A stretch of DNA of 64,000 nt from an uncultured Chloroflexia bacterium (GTDB lineage Bacteria > Chloroflexota > Dehalococcoidia > UBA2979), in assembly GCA_963728205.1 (NCBI GenBank), contig CAVSIV010000001.1:128001-192000 (forward strand). The letters run 5' to 3'. Below, one piece after another: positions 32,620 through 42,565 of this stretch. The stretch's first letter is position 1. Every line of letters begins with the position of its first letter. Made by a program: the position numbers and the translations under genes. The notes under the pieces were generated by a model. The model saw only the letters and a program-made list of their open reading frames with translations. It was not told where the DNA came from and did no database searches.

Positions 32620-34279
32620 GTGCTGCGCGCGGTCTGGCTGAAGACGCTCCGCGATCAGCGCTGGGCGGTCGTGGGGTGGGGGCTCGGGCTCGCCGTCCTC
32701 GCGGTGATCACCGCGGTGGGCTGGGCGCGCGCCTTCCCGACGGTCGCCGACCGGCAGGCGCTGGCGTTCGAGATGACGTCGGGGCTCTCCGGCGTGCAGA
32801 TCCTCTACGGGCGCGCGGTGCGCATCGACACGCTGGGCGGCTTCGTGTCGTGGCGTGCGATCGGGTTCAGCACCGTGATGCTCGGGCTGTTCATGGTGAT
32901 CGCGGTCACGGGCGCGACGCGCGGCGCGGAGGTGTCCGGCCGGCTCGAGATGGTGGCGGCGCGCGTGTCGTCGCGGCTGCGGCTGCTGCTGGAGACGGTG
33001 GGCGGGATCGCGATCGCGCTGGTCGCGTCGTGTGCGCTGCTGGGGCTCGGCCTGGCTGTGGCGGGGCCGATCGCCGGCGAGCCCGCGATCCCGGCGGTCG
33101 ACGCGCTGCTGACCGCGGTGAACGCCGGCCTGATCGCCGCGCTCTTCGGCGCGCTGGCGCTGCTCGCCGCGCAGCTCGCGCCGTCGCGCCGGACGGCCGG
33201 CATGTGGGCGGGCGTCGCGCTGATCGGCAGCTACGTCTGGCACAACCTCGCGATCGTTGCGCCGGCGCTGTCGGGCTGGCGCTGGCTGTCGCCGTTCGCG
33301 CTCGCCGCGCGCACCACGCCCGCCGCCGACGGCGCCACCGACCCGCTCGCGATGCTCGGGCTCGCCGCGCTGGCGCTCGCGTTCGGCGGCGCCGGCGTCG
33401 TGCTCGCGACGCGGCGCGACCTCTTCGACGTCTGGCGGCCGTCGCGCGCCGAGACGCGTGCGCTGGCCGCCGATCCGGCCGGGCCGCGCCGCGCCGGCCC
33501 GCCGCCGCGCGCGCTGGCTGCTCCGCAACCCCTTCGCCAACGGCGTCCGCGCGACCCTCGGCACGACCATCGCGTGGGGCGCCGGCCTCGCCATCTACTG
33601 CGGCCTGATGGCCGCCGTCACGCCGGGCATGCGCGACGCGCTCACGCGCACCGGGATGTCGGGCCAGCTCCTGCAGATGCTCGAGCGCGCCGGCATGACG
33701 TCGAACCAGGGCATGCTCGGCATCTTCGTCTTCAGCTTCCTGCCGCTCGTGACGGCGCTGTTCGCGCTGATGCTGGCGTCGGCGTGGTCCGGCGAGCCGC
33801 GCAACGGCGGGCTCGACCTCGACCTCGCGGCGCCGGTGTCGCGCACGGCGTACGCGACGCAGCGGCTGCTCGCCGCGATCGCGGCGCTCGTCGCCGCGAT
33901 CGCGATCGCACTCGCCGGCCTGCTCGCGGTGGGCGTGCCGGTCGACGCGGGCGTCGACTGGGCACGCGTCGCGCTGGCGATGGTCGTGCTCGCGCCGCTG
34001 CCGGTCGCGGTGCTGGGGTTCGGCTACGCGCTCGCCGCGTGGTCGCGCTGGCCGGTCGCCGGCGTCGGCGGCGCGGTCGTCGTCGCGTCCTTCTTCCTCG
34101 ACCTGCTCGTCCCGCTGCTCGGCCTGCCCGACTGGGTGCGCGACGCGTCGGTGTTCCACCTCTACGGCGCGCCGCTGCTGCAGGGCTTCGCGTGGGGCAA
34201 CCTCGCCGCGCTCGCCGCGCTCGCGGCGGCGATGTGCGTGCTCGGCGTGGCGGGGTTTGCGCGCGAGGATCTGACCTAA
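32620..34279 (+). CDS. ABC-2 exporter permease, double domain (frameshift near 33510)
   Basis: Follows the ATPase; two hydrophobic halves with GAEVSGRLEM / GEPRNGGLDL motifs and C-terminal FAREDL. Confidence 0.8.
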
Positions 34280-34432
34280 GCGGCGGCAGACACGCCGCCG
34301 ACACCGTGCGCGCCCGACAGGCGCGCGTCGCACGCGGGCGCACGCCCGCGCCAGGGTCGGCGGCATATCTGCCGCCGCTGTGGCCGGCCGGTGCGGCTGC
34401 ACACGCCGGGCCTGAAGCCCGCCGCGCGCCGG
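34278..34432. repeat. REPIN (family B inverted pair) plus family C motif
   Basis: AAGCGGCGGCAGACACGCCGCCGAC ... GTCGGCGGCATATCTGCCGCCGCT, then GGGCCTGAAGCCCGCCGCGCGCC. Confidence 0.8.
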
Positions 34433-34433
34433 C

Positions 34434-36431
34434 CTACTCCCCCGGGATCGCCTCCGCCTCGGTCACCCACGCGGCCACCGACCCGTCCGACGGCATCCGC
34501 CAGTCGCCCCGCGGCGACAGCGCGCCGCCGGAGCCGACCTTCGGCGAGTCCGGCACCGCGTCGCGCTTGAACTGGTTCGCGAAGAACCGCTGCAGGAACA
34601 CGATCAGCCACTGCCGGATCTCGCCGATCGTGTAACGGTCGCCGAACGCGTGCAGCGCCATGCGCGCGATGCGCCGCGGCCCGAAGCCGAAGCGCGAGAA
34701 GTGGTACAGGAAGAAGTCGTGCAGCTCGTAGGGGCCGATCAGCTCCTCCGACAGCTGCGCCACCTCGCCCTCCGCGGACGGTCGCGTCAGCTCGGGGCTG
34801 ATCGGCGTGTCGAGCACCCGCTCGAGCACCTCGCGCACCGCCGGCTCGTCGCCGTAGACGGTGTCGGCCGACCAGCGGATGAGCCGCGAGATCAGCGTCT
34901 TCGGGACGCCGGCGTTGATCGCGTAGTGCGACATGTGGTCGGCGCCGTAGGTCGACCAGCCCAGCGCGATCTCGGAGAGGTCGCCCGTGCCAAGGTCGAT
35001 GCCGCCGACCTGCGACGCCGTCGCGAACAGCATGAACTTGCGGCTCCACGCCTGGACGTTCTCGAAGGTCGTGTCCTCGACCGCGGGGTCGTGGCCGACG
35101 GCCTCGTAGATGAGGCTCGACGCCGGCCGCACGTCGATCTCGCGCGCGGTCGCGCCGAACGCGGCAATGAGGTCGCGTGCGATGGCGGCGGTGCGGTCGG
35201 TCGTGCCGAAGCCGGGCATCGAGATGCCGACGAGGTGCGTGCGCGGCAGCCCGGCCAGCTCGAGCGCGCGGATCGCGACGATGAGCGCCAGCGTGGAGTC
35301 GCGCCCGCCCGAGACGCCGAGCACGATGCGGCGCGCGCCCTCGGGCAGCGCGAGCACGCGACGGGCGAGCGAGGTCGCGAGGATCGAGAAGACCTCGTGG
35401 CAGCGCTCGTCGAGCTGCGCGGTGTCGGGCGGGACGTACGGGTGCGGCTCGATGTAACGCTCGAAGCGGCGGTAGGCGTCGACCGGCCGCGCCTCCTCGA
35501 TCTCCGACAGCATCACCGCGCGCATCGGCCGGCGGTGGTCGGCCGCGTTCTGTCCCCACGACGTCTGCCGCGCGCGGTCGGTGACGAGCGCGTCGAGGTC
35601 GACGTCGGCGACGGCGAGCGTGCCGCCCATGACGAAGCGCTCGGTCTCGGCGGCGATGTCGCCGCGGTCGGCGATCAGCCCGTGGCCGTCCCACGCGAGG
35701 TCGCTGGTCGACTCCCCGAAGCCGGCCGCGCCGTAGACCTGCACCGCGAGGTTCTTCGCCGCGGAGGAGCGCACGAGCTCGCGCCGGTACTCGAACTTCG
35801 CGACCGTGACGTTCGACGCGGAGAGGTTGCCGAGCACGGTGGCGCCGGCGAGCGCCGCGATGGTGCCGGGCGGGACGGGGACCCAGAGGTCCTCGCAGAT
35901 GTCGGTGTGCAGGAGGAAGCCGCGCCACTCGTTCACGCCGACGAGGACGTCGCTGCCGAAGGGGACGCTCGCGCCGATCAGCTCGATGCGGTCGACCGCC
36001 GCACCGGCGGCGGGGCGGAACCAGCGCAGCTCGTAGAACTCCCGGTAGTTGGGCGGGTAGCTCTTCGGCACGACGGCGACCGCGCGGCCGCCGTAGAGCG
36101 TGACCGCGCAGTTGTAGAGCCCGCCGTCGACGACGAGCGGCGCGCCGACGCTGACGATCATGTTCCAGTCGGCCGTGGCGGCTGCCACGCGCTCGACGGC
36201 GTCGACCGCGCCGCGCAGCAGCACCTCCTGGAAGAAGAGGTCGCCGGCGGTGTAGCCGGTGAGGCCGAGCTCGGGGCAGAGGGCGTAGTGGGCGCCGGCG
36301 TCGTACGCCTGCTGGAGGCTGCGCAGGTGCGCCTCGGCGTTGAACGCCGGGTCGCCGACACGCACCTCCGGCACGCAGACGGCGACGCGACGGTAGCCGT
36401 GCGCGCGCACGTCGAGGAATGCGTCATCCAT
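34434..36431 (-). CDS. nadE: Glutamine-dependent NAD+ synthetase
   Basis: Nitrilase domain (PELGLTGY, PKSYPPNYREFYE, ICEDLW) plus synthetase domain (GVSGGRDST, GTGDLSE, ISPEL, QFKR). Confidence 0.95.
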   Translation of the reverse strand: MDDAFLDVRAHGYRRVAVCVPEVRVGDPAFNAEAHLRSLQQAYDAGAHYALCPELGLTGYTAGDLFFQEVLLRGAVDAVERVAAATADWNMIVSVGAPLVVDGGLYNCAVTLYGGRAVAVVPKSYPPNYREFYELRWFRPAAGAAVDRIELIGASVPFGSDVLVGVNEWRGFLLHTDICEDLWVPVPPGTIAALAGATVLGNLSASNVTVAKFEYRRELVRSSAAKNLAVQVYGAAGFGESTSDLAWDGHGLIADRGDIAAETERFVMGGTLAVADVDLDALVTDRARQTSWGQNAADHRRPMRAVMLSEIEEARPVDAYRRFERYIEPHPYVPPDTAQLDERCHEVFSILATSLARRVLALPEGARRIVLGVSGGRDSTLALIVAIRALELAGLPRTHLVGISMPGFGTTDRTAAIARDLIAAFGATAREIDVRPASSLIYEAVGHDPAVEDTTFENVQAWSRKFMLFATASQVGGIDLGTGDLSEIALGWSTYGADHMSHYAINAGVPKTLISRLIRWSADTVYGDEPAVREVLERVLDTPISPELTRPSAEGEVAQLSEELIGPYELHDFFLYHFSRFGFGPRRIARMALHAFGDRYTIGEIRQWLIVFLQRFFANQFKRDAVPDSPKVGSGGALSPRGDWRMPSDGSVAAWVTEAEAIPGE

Positions 36432-36466
36432 ACGCAAAGTATTGCATGATCACGGAGCGGGCGACG

Positions 36467-36641
36467 GTTCGAGCCCGGAGCGGGAGCGACGGGATCGCTC
36501 CACGCGACTGTCCGGTCCGAGGCGACGCCGGGGAGGGATCCCGTCGCTACCGCTCCGGGCTCGAAGCCGGCCGTCGTGGGCGTGCGGCGATCCCGTCGCT
36601 ACCGCTCCGGGCTCGAAGCCGGCCGTCGTGGGCGTGCGGCG
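36467..36641. repeat. Intergenic repeat cluster: two direct ~52-bp copies plus one inverted copy
   Basis: GATCCCGTCGCTACCGCTCCGGGCTCGAAGCCGGCCGTCGTGGGCGTGCGGC twice; inverted TTCGAGCCCGGAGCGGGAGCGACGGGATC. Confidence 0.8.
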
Positions 36642-37956
36642 AGCCACGCATCCACGATGCCGCCGAGCGTCGGCTCGCCGGCGTCGGCGTACTCGTAGCG
36701 CGCCCGCACCACCGGCTTCGCTACGCGGATCAGCGCGCGAGGTCGATCGGGGTGCCGGAGACCACCACGTCGGCCGGCGTGGCGTCGATGCTGCGGCGCA
36801 GCGCCTCGAGCTGGGCGTCGTCGCCGTAGCCGAGCGCGGGCAGCACGCGCGTGACGTGCGGGAACCGCTCCAGCGCGGCGGCGATCGACGGCGCGGCATA
36901 CGGGCGCGGGTCGACGATCTCGGCCGCCCCGGCGTCGACCGCCGCGACGTACCCGGCGCCGTACGCCATGCCGCCGTGCGTCAGCGTCGGCCCGTCGTCG
37001 ACGACCAGCACGCGCTTGCCGCGCACGGCCGCCGGATCGGCCAGGCGAATCGGCGACGCCGCGCGCACGATCTGCGCGCGCGGGTTGAGGCGGCGCGCCT
37101 CCGCCTCGGCCTGCGCGACCTGCTCCGAGGACGCGGCGTTCACCTTCGCCACGATCACGACGTCGGCCATCCGCAGCGTGGCCTCGCCGGGGTGGTAGCG
37201 GGCGGCGTCCAGCGGGCGCAGCGCGTCGGTCAGCACCAGGTGCAGGTCGGGGCGGATGAACGGGAAGTCGTTGTTGCCGCCGTCCCACACGATGATGTCG
37301 GCGTTGCGCTCGGCGAGCCCGAGGACGCGCGCGTAGTCGACGCCGGCGAAGACGGCGTGGCCCGCTGCGATGTGCGGCTCGTACTCCTCGCGCTCCTCGA
37401 CCGTGCAGTCGGCGGCGTCGAGGTCCGCGCGCGAGCGGAACGCCTGCGCGCGCTGCTGCTCGAGGTCACCGTACGGCATCGGGTGGCGGATGACGGCGGC
37501 GCGCACGCCCTGCAGCGCGAGGTGCGCGGTGAGCCAGCGCGCGGTCTGCGACTTGCCGCAGCCGGTGCGCGTCGCGCAGATCGCGATCACGGGGAGCGCG
37601 GCGCGCAGCTGGGTCCGCTCCGGGCCGAGCAGCGTGAAGTCCGCGCCGGCGGCGAGCGCGCGCGACGCCGCGTGCATCACGTCTTCGTGGCGCGTGTCGC
37701 TGTACGCGAAGACCACCTCGTCGACGCGCTCGCGCGCGCAGATCCGCTCGAGGTCGGCCTCGGGCTCGATGGCGATGCCGTCGGGGTAGCGGGGGCCGGC
37801 GATGCCGACGGGGTAGCGGCGCCCGGCGATGCCCGGGATCTGCGCGGCGGTGAACGCGACGACATGGACCGACGGGTCGTCGCGATAGACGACGTTGAAG
37901 TTGTGAAAGTCGCGGCCGGCGGCGCCCATGATCACGACGCGGCGAGGTTCGGCCAT
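36599..37956 (-). CDS. COG2403 'predicted GTPase' / cyclic 2,3-diphosphoglycerate synthase-like enzyme (arginine synthetase ArcE-like); C-terminal frameshift near 36730
   Basis: IMGAAGRDFHNFN, TAAQIPGI..RRYP, RTGCGKSQT, RHPMPYGDL, EEREEYE, WDGGNND, DGPTLTHGGM. Confidence 0.8.
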
Positions 37957-38119
37957 GGGGTCCTCCGTGTCCGGGAGAGGCGGGCACAGCGGCATGCACC
38001 CGCCCCTCGCGTCCACCGTGGCACCGCGTGCCGCGCGGGACGACGGCGAAACAGCCCGGGACGAGAGGGACCTTGGGTCTGGACTGCGGGCGCGGGGCGG
38101 GCTTCATGCCCGGGCGCCC

Positions 38120-38240
38120 CAAAGCGGCGGCAGACATGCCGCCGACAGGACGCGGACGCAGTCCGCGGCTGGCGCCGCACTTCTGTCGGCGGCATCTCTG
38201 CCGCCGCTTTGGGCCTGCAGCCCTTCGACAGGCTCAGGAC
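38120..38240. repeat. REPIN family B (92 bp) plus CCCTTCGACAGGCTCAGG-type REP
   Basis: CAAAGCGGCGGCAGACATGCCGCCGACAG...CTGTCGGCGGCATCTCTGCCGCCGCTTTG, near-identical to copies at 42083 and 48047. Confidence 0.85.
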
Positions 38241-38313
38241 CGGCTCTGCCGCGCGCCGGAGGCGCGGTGCTACGCTGCCGCACGCCATCACGCACGTATC
38301 CCGGGGGGACGCC

Positions 38314-39621
38314 ATGGGACGCTGGGAGGACGCCTACCGCGCGAAGCTGCGCACCGCCGACGAGGCCGCGGCCGGCATTCCCGACGGCTCGCTCGTCGTG
38401 CAGGGCATGGGGGTCAGCGAGCCGCCGGCGATGCTCGAAGCCGTCGCCAACCGGGCCCGTGCCGGCGGGCTGTCGAGCCTCCGCATGACCACGCTGCTGC
38501 CGATGGCGGCCAGCGCCCGCACGATCTTCCAGCCCGACGTCCGCGACGTGATCCACTGGGAGTCGCTCTTCGCCAGCGGCGCGGACCGCGCGCTGCTCAA
38601 GGACGGCGCCGCCGTCTACAACCCCGCCTTCTTCCACCAGATCCCGCGCCTGATCACCGAGTTCATGCCGGTCAACGTCGCGCTCGTCACCGTCTCGCCG
38701 ATGGACCGCCACGGCTACATGAGCCTGGGCACCGACGTCGACATCTCGAAGGCCGCCATCGCGAAGGCGGACTACGTCGTCGCCGAGGTGAATCCGCGCA
38801 TGCCGCGCGTGCACGGCAACTCCTGGGTGCACATCGACGAGGTGAGCGCCGTCGTCGAGCACGAGGCGCCGCTGAACGAGCTCCCCACGCCGCCCGACCG
38901 CGAGGAGGACACGGCGATGGGCAAGCTCATCGCCAACATGATCCCGGACGGCGCGACCCTCCAGCTCGGCATCGGCGGCGTGCCGAACGCCGTCGCGAAG
39001 AACCTGATGGGCCATAAGAACCTCGGCATCCACACCGAGATGTTCGTGGAGTCGATGGTCGACCTCATCGAGTCGGGCGTGGCGAACGGCTCGCAGAAGA
39101 CGTTCCATCCCGGCAAGGCCGTGTGGTCGTTCGCGGCCGGCACGCAGCGCATGTACGAGTTCCTCGACGACAACCCGTACATCGAGGCGCACCCGGTGTC
39201 GTACACGAACTTCCCGCCGAACATCGCGCGCAACGACAACATGGTCTCGGTGAACTCGACGATCGAGATTGACCTCACGGGCCAGTGCTGCTCGGAGTCG
39301 ATGGGCACGGCGCAGTTCAGCGGCACGGGCGGCCAGCACGACTACGCGCGCGGCGCGTTCGACTCGCGCGGGGGCAAGTCGATCATCGCGTTCTACTCGA
39401 CGGCGAAGTCGGGGACGGTGTCGCGCGTGGTGTCCACGCTCACGCCCGGTGCGGTGGTGACGACGCCGCGCACGGAGGTGCACTGGGTCGTCTCCGAGTA
39501 CGGCGCCGCATGTCTCAAGGGGAAGTCGACGGCGGAGCGGGCGCAGGCGCTAATCGGCCTCGCGCACCCGCGGTTCCGTGACCAGTTGACCGCGGAGGCG
39601 AAGCAGCTGGGCTACTGCTAA
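38314..39621 (+). CDS. Acetyl-CoA hydrolase/transferase (4-hydroxybutyrate CoA-transferase-like)
   Basis: EVNPRMPRVHG, LQLGIGGVP, LGIHTEM, FSGTGGQHDY.RGA, VSEYGAA.L.GK, AHPRFR. Confidence 0.9.
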   Translation: MGRWEDAYRAKLRTADEAAAGIPDGSLVVQGMGVSEPPAMLEAVANRARAGGLSSLRMTTLLPMAASARTIFQPDVRDVIHWESLFASGADRALLKDGAAVYNPAFFHQIPRLITEFMPVNVALVTVSPMDRHGYMSLGTDVDISKAAIAKADYVVAEVNPRMPRVHGNSWVHIDEVSAVVEHEAPLNELPTPPDREEDTAMGKLIANMIPDGATLQLGIGGVPNAVAKNLMGHKNLGIHTEMFVESMVDLIESGVANGSQKTFHPGKAVWSFAAGTQRMYEFLDDNPYIEAHPVSYTNFPPNIARNDNMVSVNSTIEIDLTGQCCSESMGTAQFSGTGGQHDYARGAFDSRGGKSIIAFYSTAKSGTVSRVVSTLTPGAVVTTPRTEVHWVVSEYGAACLKGKSTAERAQALIGLAHPRFRDQLTAEAKQLGYC

Positions 39622-39639
39622 CAGCCGTGTCGCCTCCGG

Positions 39640-39763
39640 CAAGCGGCGGCAAATACGCCGCCGATGCCGGCGCGGCCAGAAGGCCGCGATCTGTCGGCGG
39701 CATGTCTGCCGCCGCTTTGGGCGGGCCGGCCGCGCACGGCAGCCCCGAAGCCTGCCGCGCGCC
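39640..39763. repeat. REPIN family B plus family C motif
   Basis: CAAGCGGCGGCAAATACGCCGCCGA...TCGGCGGCATGTCTGCCGCCGCTTTG...GAAGCCTGCCGCGCGCC. Confidence 0.8.
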
Positions 39764-40188
39764 TACCGGGCGGCGACGAACTCCTCGATCCGCTGCCGGA
39801 TTGCCTCGCGCACGCGGCGGAACGCCGCGAGACGTTCCTCCTCGTTGCCGCTCGCGGCGGCGGGGTCGGCGAAGCTCCAGTGCAGTTGCTCACGGCCGCC
39901 GGGGAAGAGCGGGCAGGCCTCGCGCGCCTGGTCGCAGACCGTGATCACGTAGTCCCACGGCTCGTCGAGGAAGCGGTCGAGGTGCTTCGAATCCGCGCCC
40001 GTGGCGTCGATGCCGACCTCGCGCAGCGCGGCGACGGTCAGCGGGTTGAGGCCGGCCGGCGCGGTGCCGGCCGAGCGCACCTCGAACGCGTCGTCGCCGA
40101 CGGCCCGGAGCAGCGCCTCGGCCATCTGCGACCGCGCCGAGTTGCCCGTGCAGAGAAAGAGGACGCGCGTCTTTGTGAGTGCCGGCAT
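39763..40188 (-). CDS. arsC: Thioredoxin-coupled arsenate reductase (LMWP family)
   Basis: CTGNSARSQMAE P-loop, TVCDQAREACP (three Cys), HWSFADP. Confidence 0.9.
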   Translation of the reverse strand: MPALTKTRVLFLCTGNSARSQMAEALLRAVGDDAFEVRSAGTAPAGLNPLTVAALREVGIDATGADSKHLDRFLDEPWDYVITVCDQAREACPLFPGGREQLHWSFADPAAASGNEEERLAAFRRVREAIRQRIEEFVAAR

Positions 40189-40197
40189 CGCGGCCCC

Positions 40198-41004
40198 TCA
40201 GGCTTCCGCGAGCGCGGTGCGCTCGTCGGCGGCAGTGAGCGTGGCGGAGCGCTCGGTGTCGAGCCCGCGGGCGCCGGCGATCAGGAGGTAGACGAGCCCG
40301 CCGACGAGCGCGCCGGCGATCGGGCCGACCCAGTACACCCAGTGGTCGGTCCACGTGCCGGAGAGGAGCGCCGGGCCGAATGACCGCGCCGGGTTCATCG
40401 ACGCGCCGGCGATGGGGCCGGAGAACGTCGCGGCGAGGGCGACGTAGCCACCGATGGCGATGGCGGCGGTCCCGGGCACCGCCCGCCGGTCGGTCGCCAG
40501 CGCCGCGATCACGAGCATGAGAAACGCCGTGATGATGCACTCGAGGCCGAGCGCCTCGCCCGCTCCGCCGCTCGGGATCGTCGCGCCGAGGTCCGCGACG
40601 TTGCCGAACAGCAGCCGGTGCGTGCCGCTCGCGCCGGCGGCGCCGACCAGCTGCGCGACGACGTAGCCGGGCACCCGCGCGCCGGGGAACTCGCCGGTCA
40701 GCCAGAACGCGATCGTGACGGCGGGGTTGATGTGCGCGCCCGAGATGTGGCCGAGCGCGTAGATGGCGGCCATCACCGCGAGCCCGAAGCTGAGCCCGAT
40801 GCCGAGCGTGCCGACGCCGCCCCCCGAGACGTGGTCGATCACCACCGCGCCCGGACCGGCGAAGACGAGCAGGAACGTGCCGAGCGCCTCGGCGACGTAC
40901 GCGGCGTACGGGTCGCCGAGCCGCGCGCGCGTCGCGAGCGGCGCCCTTCGCGCGGAGGGTGGCGGCGCCGCGGGGGGTGCGGTCTGCGCGGGCGCGGCAG
41001 GCAT
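40198..41004 (-). CDS. MIP-family aquaporin/aquaglyceroporin (probable arsenite channel)
   Basis: SGAHINPAVT and GASMNPARSFGP NPA boxes; within the ars operon. Confidence 0.9.
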   Translation of the reverse strand: MPAAPAQTAPPAAPPPSARRAPLATRARLGDPYAAYVAEALGTFLLVFAGPGAVVIDHVSGGGVGTLGIGLSFGLAVMAAIYALGHISGAHINPAVTIAFWLTGEFPGARVPGYVVAQLVGAAGASGTHRLLFGNVADLGATIPSGGAGEALGLECIITAFLMLVIAALATDRRAVPGTAAIAIGGYVALAATFSGPIAGASMNPARSFGPALLSGTWTDHWVYWVGPIAGALVGGLVYLLIAGARGLDTERSATLTAADERTALAEA

Positions 41005-41040
41005 CGCGGCGTCTCCAGTTCGTCGCGCGGGGGCGCGTAG

Positions 41041-41277
41041 TCAGGACATGCGGTCGGCGGCGGCGCGCAGCCGGTCGCGTGCGAGACGCCGCGCGAAGAT
41101 CGGGACGTACTCCGTGTGCGGCGCGTCGCGGAAGACGTCGGCCGCCTCCTGGACGGCGCGGTAGACCGCCTCGCGGTCGAAGGTGTCGGAGAACTCCTCG
41201 GCGAGGCGCTCGGCCTCGTGGAGGATGCGGCGCGCCGGCCAGTCGGCGCGATGGACGGTCGTGCGCTCGGTGGTCAT
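41041..41277 (-). CDS. Stand-alone three-helix-bundle protein (like the N-terminal domain of actinobacterial ArsC1'), 78 aa
   Basis: ERLAEEFSDTFDREAVYRAVQE.......A....YVPIFARRLARDRL; ATGA overlap with the upstream gene. Confidence 0.7.
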   Translation of the reverse strand: MTTERTTVHRADWPARRILHEAERLAEEFSDTFDREAVYRAVQEAADVFRDAPHTEYVPIFARRLARDRLRAAADRMS

Positions 41278-42035
41278 GCGCCGGCACTCGAGGCGCGCCG
41301 GGGTGCGCGGCGTGACCGTTCGGCGCCGCTCACCACGGGCGCGAGCGCGGCGACGCGGCGACGCAGCGCCTGGTACGCCCGCTCGAAGGCGGCGGCGGTG
41401 CCGGCGCGGACGGGGTCCTCGATCGACCAGTGCAGCGTCGTAGGCCCGCCGGCGGCGACGTCCGCGCCCGCGGCCGGGTGCACCGCGAACTGCTCGTGCG
41501 CGCGGTCGCAGACGGTGACGACGAGGTCGGGTGCGCGACGCACGGCGTCGAGCGCGCGCGGGCGCGCGGCGGCGAGGTCGAGCCCGTGGCGCGCCGCCGT
41601 CGCGACGGTGCGCGGGTGGACGCGGTCGGCCGGGTGCGTGCCGGCGCTCTCGGCCGGCGTCGAGGAGGCGGCGTTCCACAGTGCGGCGGCCAGCTGCGAA
41701 CGCGCGGAGTTCGCGGTGCACACGAAGAGCACCGAGCGCGCGGCCAGGGTCGCGGCCGGCGTCTCAATCGCGTCGAGCGTCTCGGCGCGCAGCCGCAGGT
41801 AGCGGCGCCGCCGGTCGCCCGCCGACACCACGCGCTCGACGAGGCCGACGCGCTCGAGCACCTCGAGGTGGTGCGCGAGCAGGTTCGACTCGATGCCGAG
41901 CGCGCGCGCCAGGTCGGACGGCGAGCGGTCGGAGAGCGCGAGGGCATCGACGACGGCGAGGCGGTGCGGATCGCCCAGCGCGGCGTGGACGGCGGCGCGG
42001 CGGTCGCGGTCTGCGGAGACGGTGGTGTCGTTCAT
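41274..42035 (-). CDS. ArsR HTH - LMWP/ArsC-like fusion protein
   Basis: HAALGDPHRLAVVDAL...SNLLAHHLEVLE.VGLV plus VLFVCTANSARSQLA, HWSIEDP. Confidence 0.88.
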   Translation of the reverse strand: MNDTTVSADRDRRAAVHAALGDPHRLAVVDALALSDRSPSDLARALGIESNLLAHHLEVLERVGLVERVVSAGDRRRRYLRLRAETLDAIETPAATLAARSVLFVCTANSARSQLAAALWNAASSTPAESAGTHPADRVHPRTVATAARHGLDLAAARPRALDAVRRAPDLVVTVCDRAHEQFAVHPAAGADVAAGGPTTLHWSIEDPVRAGTAAAFERAYQALRRRVAALAPVVSGAERSRRAPRRASSAGA

Positions 42036-42042
42036 GCGCGGC

Positions 42043-42071
42043 AGGATGTCACTCAGTTAAGGATGAGTCAA
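42043..42071 (-). promoter_or_regulatory. Leaderless ars promoter with overlapping palindromic operator
   Basis: TTGACT-17 nt-CATCCT, 7 nt before ATG 42035; ACTCA-N8-TGAGT palindrome at 42051-42068 spans the spacer and the 3' part of the -35. Confidence 0.7.
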
Positions 42072-42082
42072 TGAACGTTGAC

Positions 42083-42174
42083 CAAAGCGGCGGCAGACAT
42101 GCCGCCGACAGAAGCGCGGCGCCAGCCGCGGACTGCGTCCGCGTCCTGTCGGCGGCATGTCTGCCGCCGCTTTG
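42083..42174. repeat. REPIN family B (92 bp), inverted relative to the 38120 copy
   Basis: Same arms and reverse-complemented internal segment. Confidence 0.85.
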
Positions 42175-42480
42175 GTCGGCTGCGCGTCGACGAACGGTCG
42201 CGTTGGGTCGGCGGTCGCGGTGCCGCACGAGCGGGCCGAGCCCGCCGGGCGGGCCGGCGAGGCGGGCCGGCGAGGCGGGCCGAGCCCGCCGGCGCCGGCT
42301 TCAGCCGCCGAGCATCTCGACCCGGCCGCGCCCACCGTCGACGCGCAGCCGGTCGCCCGTGCGGATCAGCAGCGTCGCGTCGCGCACGCCGAACACGGCC
42401 GGCATCCGCGCCTCTCGCGCCGCGTGGGCGACACGTTCGCCCCCTGGCGGGCTCCGGCCGCAGCCGCGCGGCGGCAGGTT

Positions 42481-42539
42481 TTAACCGGGGTTTTACGCCA
42501 CGGCCGCACCGCCGGCCGCTCGCTTAATCGTCGCTTTAC
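42481..42539 (+). promoter_or_regulatory. Two Pho-box-like direct-repeat pairs upstream of pstS
   Basis: TTAAC-N6-TTTAC (42481/42492) and TTAAT-N6-TTTAC (42524/42535); AT-rich in a very GC-rich background. Confidence 0.7.
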
Positions 42540-42565
42540 GTGGCGACCCGACGCTGGGGCCACAG

